Below are positions 31,519-40,325 of a stretch of 64,000 nt of DNA, piece after piece (the first letter of the stretch is position 1; every line of letters starts with the position of its first letter). Both the position numbers and the translations under genes were made by a program. The notes under the pieces are model-generated. The model was not told the origin of the DNA. It made no database searches and saw nothing but the letters and a program-made list of their open reading frames with translations. This stretch comes from a virus. Its lineage: Duplodnaviria > Caudoviricetes. The stretch spans positions 69,200 through 133,199 of the IMG/VR virus record IMGVR_UViG_3300033463_005840; one strand, written 5' to 3'.

Positions 31519-33407
31519 CCGATTCTTTTAATAACATCGAGATAATTGAGCAGAAGTTTGAGGAGTATACGCTTAATAATATGGATGAAGTTCTTAAACA
31601 CATCGAAAGGTGCGGAAAGAACTGTTATAAATCCGAAAAAAATATAACGGAAACGTCTGCCGAAAAATTTATTGACAATATCTTAAAATCAGGGCATGAG
31701 TCAGTCATTGAACACGCTCATTTCATCTTTAAAATGAAGATTGAAGATGCCGAATTATTGTTCAATAAAATAGGTTATCCGGCATTGTCAGAATTAAGGG
31801 GTTTAAATATCACTCAGTATTCTGATGACCGCCAAACGCATTATTATATAATATCCGGCAATCCCAGAACTTTTCGGGATATATATAGAGTAAGCGGGGT
31901 TTATGTCTTTTTAGATAAGCTGCCTGAAATCTTTTCTAAGTATTTAGGTAAAGATGGTACTTTTAAATTAACAGGCAAAACGGTTGAACCGGAAACATAT
32001 GAATTAGTTGGTATTCAAAAGTCAGACTATGGCGATAAGCATAATTATTATACTTTCAGGTTTGACACCTCGATTTCAACTTATAAAGACATAACCAGAC
32101 ACAGAAATCTTAGTTGGTCAATCGAAAGCACACGTTATTGTGTAGCAGGAGATACTAAATTAAAATTCAGTAATGCACATCATAATTATAATGTGAAGGA
32201 TTTATACAATAAAATCCACGTCAATCCTCCTTCTAATGCTAGTTGGAAAAGGATTAAGATAAGACAGCTGAATGAAAATACTGGAGTTTTAGAGTTTGCT
32301 AAAATAAAAGATGTTCTATACATGGGCAAAAAACCTGTCTTACAGATTAAAACTCGTCTTGGCTATGAATTAAAGTGTACTAAAGAGCATCCTATATACA
32401 GTAAAGACGGCTATATAGAAGCAGGTAACTTAACATTAGGAAATGAGATTTATATAAATGGTAAAGATATAACTGAAAAACCTCTTTATCAAGACAAAGA
32501 CTGGCTATATTATCAAAATATAACTTTAAATAAAACTTTTGCACAAATAGCTAAGGAATTTTCTTTTAATGCGAATACTGTAAAAAAGTGGGGAGCAAAA
32601 TTAGCATTGCCTAAAAAGGGCACAGGTTATTTTAATAAAGGAAGGATTCCATGGAATAAGGACTTACACGAAAAAGATGATAGTCGTGTAAAAATACAAG
32701 CGGACACTTTAAGGGAATTTAGATGGGATAAGTGGCACGATACAGAGAAACTTAAAAAATTAGGCAAGCGTTCTTATAGAAAAATGATTAAAGATACATG
32801 TGAAATATGTTCTTCAAAAGAAGGTTTGCAAGTACATCATATAGATTGTGATAGAGAGCATAACGATAATAATCCTAACAACCTAATAACACTCTGTCCT
32901 AAATGTCACGCTGGAGTACACAGCAAAAATCTAACGATTGCAGTTTTAGACCCAGTTGTTGAAATTAAAGAATTACCTGCTGAAGATGTTTATGATATAG
33001 TTATGGATAGTGAATACCATAATTTTGTCGCTAATGGTGTTATAGTTCATAATTGTAATTACTCTAGGAAAAACGAAAACGGCAAGATTAAGATTGTTGA
33101 TTGCTCTTATTTTATGACTCTGCAAGAACATCAATTATATCTTAACGAGATGGACAAGATGGCCGCTAAGTATAATGTAATGGCAAAAGATTTTGAAAGT
33201 AAGCCAGATGTTCTTAGAATGATTTTGCCGCATGGAACCGCTGCATCTGTGGTTATGAGCGGTAGCGTTTACGATTTGAAAAAAATGTTGGCTTTAAGAA
33301 CTGATATCCATGCTCATCCGACAGTTCAACATGATATGAAAGAGATTGAAAATTTAATTCAAAAAGATTCCAAAGAAATTTTGTTTTTGGATAGAAGAAT
33401 GGTCTGA
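31515..33407 (+). CDS. thyX: Flavin-dependent thymidylate synthase with intein
   Basis: GHESVIEH, RHR..SWSIESTRY|C, R.ILP, LR..HAH. Confidence 0.9.
   Translation: MTDSFNNIEIIEQKFEEYTLNNMDEVLKHIERCGKNCYKSEKNITETSAEKFIDNILKSGHESVIEHAHFIFKMKIEDAELLFNKIGYPALSELRGLNITQYSDDRQTHYYIISGNPRTFRDIYRVSGVYVFLDKLPEIFSKYLGKDGTFKLTGKTVEPETYELVGIQKSDYGDKHNYYTFRFDTSISTYKDITRHRNLSWSIESTRYCVAGDTKLKFSNAHHNYNVKDLYNKIHVNPPSNASWKRIKIRQLNENTGVLEFAKIKDVLYMGKKPVLQIKTRLGYELKCTKEHPIYSKDGYIEAGNLTLGNEIYINGKDITEKPLYQDKDWLYYQNITLNKTFAQIAKEFSFNANTVKKWGAKLALPKKGTGYFNKGRIPWNKDLHEKDDSRVKIQADTLREFRWDKWHDTEKLKKLGKRSYRKMIKDTCEICSSKEGLQVHHIDCDREHNDNNPNNLITLCPKCHAGVHSKNLTIAVLDPVVEIKELPAEDVYDIVMDSEYHNFVANGVIVHNCNYSRKNENGKIKIVDCSYFMTLQEHQLYLNEMDKMAAKYNVMAKDFESKPDVLRMILPHGTAASVVMSGSVYDLKKMLALRTDIHAHPTVQHDMKEIENLIQKDSKEILFLDRRMV
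32139..33053 (+). mobile_element. Intein (305 aa) with HNH endonuclease
   Basis: CVAGDT..TKEHP..VYDI..VHN|C; CEIC..VHHID..NN..NL.TLCPKCH. Confidence 0.92.
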
Positions 33408-33431
33408 TTTTTAAAGAAAGGAGAAAAACAA

Positions 33432-33710
33432 ATGACAGACTTAAATGAATTAGAAAATAGTAAAACTGAAGAGGTTAAAATTGACCCCACTAATTTGAAA
33501 CTTCGTTCTTATATTGAACGTGTGGAAAATTTGGAAGAACAAAAGAAAAATATTCAAACTGATATTAAAGATATTTTTGCGGAAGCAAAGTCACAGGGTT
33601 TTGATGTTAAGGCATTAAGACAGATTCTTAGATTGCGTAAAATGAGTGATGCCGAGCGTTACGACTTAGAAGCAGCCGTTGACACTTATCGTAAAATTCT
33701 GAATATCTAA
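33432..33710 (+). CDS. gapR: GapR (DUF2312) nucleoid-associated protein
   Basis: LRSYIERVENLEEQKK..DIKDIFAEAKSQGFDVKALRQILRLRKM. Confidence 0.92.
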   Translation: MTDLNELENSKTEEVKIDPTNLKLRSYIERVENLEEQKKNIQTDIKDIFAEAKSQGFDVKALRQILRLRKMSDAERYDLEAAVDTYRKILNI

Positions 33711-33717
33711 TCGGAGA

Positions 33718-34161
33718 TTGAAATTGAAGTTTGCAAAGATTAAAAATGTTAAGAGTCCGACAAGAGCACATTCTGACGATGCCGGTATAGACTTTTATAT
33801 TCCAGACGATTTTTCGCCTGTTGAAATGAAAGTTGGAGATTCCATTTGCATTGAATCAGGGGTTAAAGTTTGCGTTCCGAAAGGTTATGCTTTAATTGGC
33901 TTTAACAAATCAGGCGTTGCCGTTAAAAAGGGCTTGACGCTAGGTGCTTGCGTAATTGACGAATCTTATCAGGGTGAGGTTATCATCAATCTCAATAAGA
34001 TTATTGGTAGTCCTATTACTTTAAAAGGCGGTGATAAAATAGCTCAATTTGTTTTATTACCGATAAATTATGAGATGCCGGAGGAAGTTAATGAAGAAAA
34101 TCTTTTTGAAAAAGAATCAGAAAGAGGTAGCGGAGCTTTCGGTAGTACGGACAGACAATAA
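33718..34161 (+). CDS. dut: Trimeric dUTPase
   Basis: AGIDF, KSG, VIDESYQGE, DKIAQ, RGSGAFGST. Confidence 0.95.
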   Translation: MKLKFAKIKNVKSPTRAHSDDAGIDFYIPDDFSPVEMKVGDSICIESGVKVCVPKGYALIGFNKSGVAVKKGLTLGACVIDESYQGEVIINLNKIIGSPITLKGGDKIAQFVLLPINYEMPEEVNEENLFEKESERGSGAFGSTDRQ

Positions 34162-34179
34162 CTTTTAAAGATTGAAAAG

Positions 34180-34229
34180 AAAAATCCCTCTTGTAAAATG
34201 GAGGGATTTTTTGTTATATATATTTACAG
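34180..34229 (+). terminator. Terminator abutting phage promoter motif
   Basis: aaaatccctc..gagggatttt then TATATATTTACAG. Confidence 0.75.
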
Positions 34230-34299
34230 AAGTTATCTCTTTCTGACCCTTATATTGTATGTTAGAGGGAGAGTAATAAGTAATATAGAAAAATAGATA

Positions 34300-34962
34300 A
34301 TGAAAGGAAAAATTATGACAATAAAAAGAAAACTTATGAGAAAACAGTTAGTTAAAAGTTCTTTAAAAAGGAAACTTCCTTTAAGACATAGAGTTAAAGC
34401 AAGTGTTATTGAAGAATTTAAACTGCTTTTAGCAAATCCGCAAGATAAAAGTAAACAGGCTTGGGTAGAAGATGTTCCTAGCTCTTATATTGCAACCTCT
34501 AAAGAAATTGAACCTTTTTTAAAACAATTTGGTATAGATTATGATGAGATTGAAGACATCTCCTATGATGAAATTACTTTGTCTATTTTAGACGTAGACA
34601 CTAACGGTGCATTTGACGAAGAGGCTCTAAAAGAAGAACTTGTTGGAGATATGACTATTGAGGATATTGAGTCTTATTTTTCGGCATTTACAGACTGTGG
34701 ACATATAGACATTGCAGCTGCACTTTATAACGAGGTTCAAGGACAACATGATTTTAAAGAAGCCCTTGAAGACGCATATAAGTATGAGGTTATGAGTAGT
34801 AAAGGTCCTATTAATTTAGCTCAAGACTATATTGATAGCATAGGGAGTATATCCGAATTAGGCGAAAGAACTCTTAGAACTTATTTTGACTATGAGGCTT
34901 TTGGTAATGACCTTGCTACTGACTATTATGAAACAAGCATAGGCTATTTAAGGGAGATATAA
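34300..34962 (+). CDS. ardA: ArdA-like antirestriction DNA mimic with basic leader
   Basis: Acidic body ending LAQDYID..L.TYFDYEAFGNDL. Confidence 0.7.
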   Translation: MKGKIMTIKRKLMRKQLVKSSLKRKLPLRHRVKASVIEEFKLLLANPQDKSKQAWVEDVPSSYIATSKEIEPFLKQFGIDYDEIEDISYDEITLSILDVDTNGAFDEEALKEELVGDMTIEDIESYFSAFTDCGHIDIAAALYNEVQGQHDFKEALEDAYKYEVMSSKGPINLAQDYIDSIGSISELGERTLRTYFDYEAFGNDLATDYYETSIGYLREI

Positions 34963-34963
34963 A

Positions 34964-35482
34964 ATGAAAACTTTAAAAGAAAGAATTTTAGCAAGAAAAA
35001 GAGAGCAGAATCTTAACCGTTTAACCAGAAAAGCTGCTGTTAAGAGTGCGTTTTTAAATAAACGTAGCATTTTAGCTAAAGATAAAGACCTGCCGTATTA
35101 TTTAGGTATAAAAGACGTTCTTTATATTTATAATGGTCATTGGTCTGACCCGTATGTTTGTTATAAAGACCATTTGTTAGATGAAGTGGAACTTTATGAA
35201 ACGATGCACTCTGACTACGAGGAAGCTATTTCTGAGGGTTATTGGGAAAAAGACAAAAAAATTACGGAAGAAGAGGATATTGATAATTACATTCGTTATA
35301 ATGCGGATTCTGTTAAAGAGGTAATTCTTGAGCACGGCAGAAAAGTTCGTGGCGTTCAAAGAAGATTGGAAGATTTAGGAAGAGAACAGCTGTTAAACAA
35401 TAATATCAAAATCACTCAACATGATATTGATACGGCAGGTGCTTGGACCCCTACCCTTTCAAGAGTTCGTAGGAAATTTTAA
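34964..35482 (+). CDS. Protein with basic leader and acidic core
   Basis: ORF. Confidence 0.6.
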   Translation: MKTLKERILARKREQNLNRLTRKAAVKSAFLNKRSILAKDKDLPYYLGIKDVLYIYNGHWSDPYVCYKDHLLDEVELYETMHSDYEEAISEGYWEKDKKITEEEDIDNYIRYNADSVKEVILEHGRKVRGVQRRLEDLGREQLLNNNIKITQHDIDTAGAWTPTLSRVRRKF

Positions 35483-35485
35483 AAG

Positions 35486-35535
35486 GTGAACGGAAAATAT
35501 CACCACCTTTTAAGGTGGTGATATGAAAGCGAACC
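35486..35535 (-). repeat. Solo IS200/IS605-type palindromic mini-element
   Basis: Perfect atatcaccacctt/aaggtggtgatat stem; minus strand reads ttcgc..ttcac like the ends of the 56268-57744 element. Confidence 0.65.
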
Positions 35536-35556
35536 ATAAGGAAAGGAAGATAAAAA

Positions 35557-35733
35557 ATGAAATTTGAAAAACTTGTTGATGAATTTGCGGATAGATATCT
35601 CGATGATATTTATTTAAAACTACATAGTAACCAGTTTTATGCAGAAGAAGCAAAAATTTCATTTATTGATTGGCTTAAAGATTACGGATATTTAAGTAGA
35701 AAAGATGCAGAGGAATTAAAACGTAAAATTTAA
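35557..35733 (+). CDS. Small hypothetical protein (58 aa, not in ORF track)
   Basis: AAGGAAAGG RBS; MKFEKLVDEFAD..LKRKI. Confidence 0.55.
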   Translation: MKFEKLVDEFADRYLDDIYLKLHSNQFYAEEAKISFIDWLKDYGYLSRKDAEELKRKI

Positions 35734-35782
35734 TTAAGTTAGTGCCGTTCTGACGAAGGGCGGCACTCAGCTCTTTTAGAGG

Positions 35783-35811
35783 TAAATCGAAAAATATTAA
35801 AATTCATAAAA
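35783..35811 (-). repeat. Left inverted repeat of tnpB-like gene
   Basis: 16-bp core 35790-35805 is the reverse complement of 37205-37220. Confidence 0.75.
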
Positions 35812-35850
35812 CATGTTTACTTTTGATTCAATTTAAAATACAATATTATT

Positions 35851-37197
35851 ATGTTAACTTTAAAGATTAAATATTCCGTTCAAGACTGCTTTAAAGATAC
35901 TATCTCTGATTATCAGAGACAGTATAATAATCTATTACACCTCTTTTACAATAGATTAAAGGAGGGTATATCAGAAACAGCTTGCAAACATCTTTCTTTT
36001 AATAATCTTGAACTGATGAACAGCTGGCTTAGGCAATCTTGTGTTAAAGATACTAGTTATCTAATAAAAGATTTTAAGGATGATGCTATTCTCTTTGGAG
36101 GTAAGAAACTCTTTGAAAAAAGATTTAGAAAGAATATATCTAAAGAAGAATTTAAAGAAAAAAGATTAGTCCCTTTTATGTCAGCTGGAGATAGTAAGCG
36201 TAAGGGTAATAGATTATTTAGGTTAGTGGAATCTTTAGACCGAGTTATCTTTCAACCAAAAGCAAATCTTAAAATCTCTTTGACTCTTATAGGCGTAGGT
36301 AAAAACAGGATAAAGATTCTTAAAAAGTTATATCAGCATCAATTAGCTTGTGATTTACCTATAACTTATAAATTAGATAAACAATACATTTATATAACCT
36401 TTGATGAGGTAATCCTTCAAGAGAAATTAGTTAAACCTACCGAAAATAGGATAATGTCTATCGACATGAATCCTAATTATATAGGGTACTCAATTTTAGA
36501 CTGGAAAGATTCTGAAAAATTTGAGGTTGTTAAAACAGGTATCATATCTTTAAAGAATTTGAATGATTATGATAAGTCTTTAAAAGACAAAAAACTTCCC
36601 GCAACAGATTCCGAAAGAATTTATACCTATAACAAGAGAGTATACGAAACTTTAGAATCCTCTAAGTATCTTATCAAACTAGCTGAACATTACAAGTGTG
36701 AATGTTTTGCTATTGAAGACTTAAATATGAAATCTAAAGACTTAGGTTATGGAAGAGTTAATAATAAACTCATTTTAAATAACTGGAACAGGAATAAGTT
36801 AGCATCTAATTTAGAAAAGCGCTGTAATATATTAGGAATCAAATTTTTAAAAGTGATTCCTAACTATTCATCTATTATAGGTAACTTAGTTTATAGAGAT
36901 TTACAGTTACCTGACCCTATTCTAGCATCTATTGAAATTAGTAGAAGGTGCTACGAATTTAATCTTCAATATGTTAAGAAGATTAAAACTAAGACAAAGA
37001 ATATAGTTCTACCAATTCTTGAATCACTAAAAGATAAAGTAAAACACTCATTGGAAGAAGTAAAGTGCTTTATTGATTTTGAAAATTGGCAGCAATTATT
37101 TTCTTTGTTAAAGAAATCTAAACTTAAATATAGATTTCCTTTCAAAGAGAAAGTCTTTCAGACAAAAACTTTAAGATTTGTTAATCAGTTTTACTGA
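35851..37197 (+). CDS. tnpB: TnpB/Cas12f-like RuvC protein lacking the zinc finger
   Basis: RuvC-I SIDMNP, RuvC-II IEDL, RuvC-III PDPILAS; YSSIIGN in place of CxxC; TTTACT-17-TACAAT promoter, leaderless. Confidence 0.8.
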   Translation: MLTLKIKYSVQDCFKDTISDYQRQYNNLLHLFYNRLKEGISETACKHLSFNNLELMNSWLRQSCVKDTSYLIKDFKDDAILFGGKKLFEKRFRKNISKEEFKEKRLVPFMSAGDSKRKGNRLFRLVESLDRVIFQPKANLKISLTLIGVGKNRIKILKKLYQHQLACDLPITYKLDKQYIYITFDEVILQEKLVKPTENRIMSIDMNPNYIGYSILDWKDSEKFEVVKTGIISLKNLNDYDKSLKDKKLPATDSERIYTYNKRVYETLESSKYLIKLAEHYKCECFAIEDLNMKSKDLGYGRVNNKLILNNWNRNKLASNLEKRCNILGIKFLKVIPNYSSIIGNLVYRDLQLPDPILASIEISRRCYEFNLQYVKKIKTKTKNIVLPILESLKDKVKHSLEEVKCFIDFENWQQLFSLLKKSKLKYRFPFKEKVFQTKTLRFVNQFY

Positions 37198-37228
37198 TTT
37201 TAACGAATTTTAATATTTTTGATATTTA
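37198..37228 (+). repeat. Right inverted repeat of tnpB-like gene
   Basis: ttttaacgaattttaatatttttgatattta. Confidence 0.75.
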
Positions 37229-37251
37229 ATATTCGCAGTTATCGGTCAGCC

Positions 37252-37268
37252 ATATATATATATTTATA
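37252..37268 (+). promoter_or_regulatory. Phage promoter motif
   Basis: ATATATATATATTTATA. Confidence 0.65.
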
Positions 37269-37302
37269 GGTTACTGTTTTTAATTTTTTGAAAGGTTTAG
37301 AT

Positions 37303-38205
37303 ATGTTGAGAAATTTTATGGAAAAAAAGAAAGATAAACGTAATAGAGTTTTATCTAATTTAAGATTTAAAAGAAAGCTGTTAGCAAAAGCCAGACAGAT
37401 GGTTTTGTCCGAAGACCAGACTCAGAGAGATAGAATTAACGCTTTGGCGAATTTTCTTGGTCTTTCCGGCAGAGAAAAAAGAAAAATCAAAGTAAGTGAT
37501 TATGATGATTACACTTTTACTTATGGTGATGAAGAGTATATGGTTTTAACCGATTCAGAGGCGGATGATAGAGCTGTCGAAGAAATCCAAAATATTATTG
37601 ATGACACGGGTTTGCAAGCTTTTTCTTCTGAAGCACAAGAATATATCTTAGATAATTTTTGTTCTTGGGACTGGGAAAGCGACTTGCATGATGGTAACAT
37701 GAGTTATGCCTATGATGTCTGGGAAGAGTCAGATGACGAATATGGTAATCATGCGATTCGAGAGTTTTATGAAAGAACTGATGGCACAGATTCTTTTGGA
37801 AAAACAGTAGGTGGTTTTGCATTAGTTCGTAAGGACAATAATATAAAAGACGAAGACCCAATTATCTTTTCTACAAAACAAGAGGCTTTGGATTTTATAA
37901 ATGAGAGAAATCTTAGAATCTCTGATTATAAAGATATCGTTTTTGATGAAAAATTTGTTGACAAAGACTATGTTTGTGAGCAGTTAGCTTATTCTATGGA
38001 TGATGTTTATACGTCAGCATCGGAATATTTGCGTGATTCCGGCGGACTTGACAGTGATTGGTTAATAAACTGCCTAGACGTTGAAGCTATTACTCAATAT
38101 TGTATAGAAAAGGATGGCCGTGGACATAACTTAGCCAGATATGACGGATACGAAAACGAAATAGACTACGAGGGTGAAACTTATTTTATTTATCGGATGA
38201 ATTAA
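37303..38205 (+). CDS. Acidic putative DNA-mimic protein with basic leader
   Basis: EYMVLTDSEAD..DGRGHNLARYDG.E..YFIYR; very D/E-rich. Confidence 0.55.
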   Translation: MLRNFMEKKKDKRNRVLSNLRFKRKLLAKARQMVLSEDQTQRDRINALANFLGLSGREKRKIKVSDYDDYTFTYGDEEYMVLTDSEADDRAVEEIQNIIDDTGLQAFSSEAQEYILDNFCSWDWESDLHDGNMSYAYDVWEESDDEYGNHAIREFYERTDGTDSFGKTVGGFALVRKDNNIKDEDPIIFSTKQEALDFINERNLRISDYKDIVFDEKFVDKDYVCEQLAYSMDDVYTSASEYLRDSGGLDSDWLINCLDVEAITQYCIEKDGRGHNLARYDGYENEIDYEGETYFIYRMN

Positions 38206-38221
38206 TTATCAGGGGTTTTAT

Positions 38222-39334
38222 ATGATTTATGCAGTTATTGGTCAGCCGTTTACGGTAAATGCAGAGATTAAAAACGATGACGGTACTCCGTTTGCCGTTA
38301 ATACTCCCGTTACATATAAAGTGTATGATTTTAATGATACCTTTATTTTACAGGGTAGTGCAATTCAGGATTCTCAATTACCAACGAATTGGCTTGCTCA
38401 TTTCACGCTTCCGGTTACTGCTCCTACCCCGAATGATTTTAGCAACGAACAATATTCGATTGAATTTGAAGCCGTTTATAATAATCTTATTATTAAAAGT
38501 AAGTTATATTTTCAAGTCTTAAATCAAGCAGAACCGGAAGCGCATGATTCTAATATTGTTATCTTAGATAGAAGTCCGGTTATTGATTCTTTAATAACTC
38601 AATTCTCTGTTACCTCTTATAGTGTTAAGATTACCGATGAGTATGACAATATTCTTTATCAATTTACAGAAGATAATCCAACTTCCACTTTAATTAATAA
38701 TGAGTATGTTACTAAGTTTAACAGTGGTAATTTTAATTTAAGCGCCGGTGACGGTATGTTCCCGTATCTTATTATTTATACATATACTATGGCGAATAGT
38801 CAGACAAACACCGAGATTCATCCAGTGTATGTAATGAACTCAGCGATGATGCTTGCCGTTAACGATATGCGTATGTATTTAGATAAAGCGAGAAATTATG
38901 ATATTGACCCGTCTTTGAGATGGACGGATGCGGAGTTATCGCATTTTATTATGAGCGGTTTACAAAGATTTAATGCAGCGAATCCGGCGGTTACAAATTA
39001 TAATATAAATAGCTTTCCTAAGTATTTGTTTTATATGCTTGTTAAAATGGCAGAGGTTGAAGCGCTGAACGCTTTGTATCTTGCTGAAGGAATGAGAGCG
39101 TTTAATTTCACTGGCGCTTCTACTACACTTGAAGTTGACAGGACGCAGTATATTAGCACTAAAATGGACGAAATTAACGGGTGGCTTAATGATAATCTTA
39201 CTAACGCAAAAACGCTGTTAGTAAAGAGAATGTTTGGTGCCGGTGTCAATGGTATTTCACTGACATCAGTGACGAACAGAATCGGATATAATTGGAGAAG
39301 TCCTATGTATATTCGTATGTTAAATTCTTTATAA
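38222..39334 (+). CDS. Virion structural (neck/adaptor-like) protein
   Basis: Beta-rich N-terminus; helical MRMYLDK..WTDAELSHF C-terminus. Confidence 0.45.
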   Translation: MIYAVIGQPFTVNAEIKNDDGTPFAVNTPVTYKVYDFNDTFILQGSAIQDSQLPTNWLAHFTLPVTAPTPNDFSNEQYSIEFEAVYNNLIIKSKLYFQVLNQAEPEAHDSNIVILDRSPVIDSLITQFSVTSYSVKITDEYDNILYQFTEDNPTSTLINNEYVTKFNSGNFNLSAGDGMFPYLIIYTYTMANSQTNTEIHPVYVMNSAMMLAVNDMRMYLDKARNYDIDPSLRWTDAELSHFIMSGLQRFNAANPAVTNYNINSFPKYLFYMLVKMAEVEALNALYLAEGMRAFNFTGASTTLEVDRTQYISTKMDEINGWLNDNLTNAKTLLVKRMFGAGVNGISLTSVTNRIGYNWRSPMYIRMLNSL

Positions 39335-39398
39335 AAGTTGTTTACTTTTGGTTGAGAGTTTATTATAATATGATTATAAATAAAAGGAGTAAAATAAT

Positions 39399-39907
39399 AT
39401 GATTAGAAACAGGTTTTAAGAGATAGGTTATATAACAGACGTAGAATTTTATCTGCTGAAAATAAATACAGACCAGGTGAGTTCGGTTTCTTGTGGACTG
39501 TAATTAAAGGGAAGCCGGATATAGAAGGTACAGATTACGAAGGTAGCATAGACTGCCACGGATATAAACTTACTTCGTTAAGAGGTGCTCCTAGAGAAGT
39601 TAGTGGTAATTTTGATTGTTCCGATAATCAACTCACATCACTCGAAGGCGCTCCTGTAGAAGTTGGTTGGGGTTTTAATTGCGGAGGTAATCAACTTGAT
39701 TCATTAGAAGGAGCTCCTGAGCGAGTAGGTGACTTGTTTGATTGTGGTCATAATCGTTATCTCGCCTCATTAAAGGATGCCCCTGTGTATGTCGGCAGAG
39801 GTTTTTATTGTCGTTATTGCAAAAATCTTTCCAAGGAAAATATTATGCACCTTAGAAGTTATTGTAATATTGACGGTGTAATTAAATCTGATTATGGTGA
39901 GTTTTAA
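39399..39907 (+). pseudogene. LRR-like repeat protein with frameshift near codon 6
   Basis: F.C..NQL.SLEGAP repeats; ATG 39399 (AAGGAG RBS) hits TAA; one extra T would join it to frame LRDRLYNRRRILSA. Confidence 0.6.
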
Positions 39908-39930
39908 TTTAAAAGATAAGGAGTCAAAGA

Positions 39931-40275
39931 ATGATTAAAAGAAATTTTAAAAACAGAGTTACGGCTAGCAATGACTTTTTTATAGAAGGTTCTTCCATAA
40001 GTTATAACGTTAAGTATGTTCAAGATGATAATAAAACAGGAATACTTTCACGATATTTTAGAGTAAAAGAAAGGAATACGATTGAAGGTATTAAAAATCT
40101 TATCAATCGTCTGTATAAAGCCTATGGCATAGAGGTTTTTAAGTTTCTTCCGTATGAACATGGTGAAATTGAGATTGTATTTTCTCAAGATGACCATGTA
40201 ATAGGTTGCATTTATTTAAATGACGGCGTTATTATCGAATCTATGGATATAGGATTATACTTAAAGGAAAAATAA
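39931..40275 (+). CDS. Hypothetical protein with basic leader
   Basis: MIKRNFKNRVTAS. Confidence 0.55.
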   Translation: MIKRNFKNRVTASNDFFIEGSSISYNVKYVQDDNKTGILSRYFRVKERNTIEGIKNLINRLYKAYGIEVFKFLPYEHGEIEIVFSQDDHVIGCIYLNDGVIIESMDIGLYLKEK

Positions 40276-40325
40276 AATGGCAGGCGTAAATTTTAATAAA
40301 GGTTCTTGGGAATTAAGAGCATTAA

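Noticed and set aside
35741-35795. Hammerhead ribozyme (CTGACGA..GAAA)
   Set aside because: No stem II between the core motifs; CTGACGA lies in a simple hairpin.
35480-37290. CRISPR array beside the Cas12f-like gene
   Set aside because: No tandem direct repeats; only one inverted pair.
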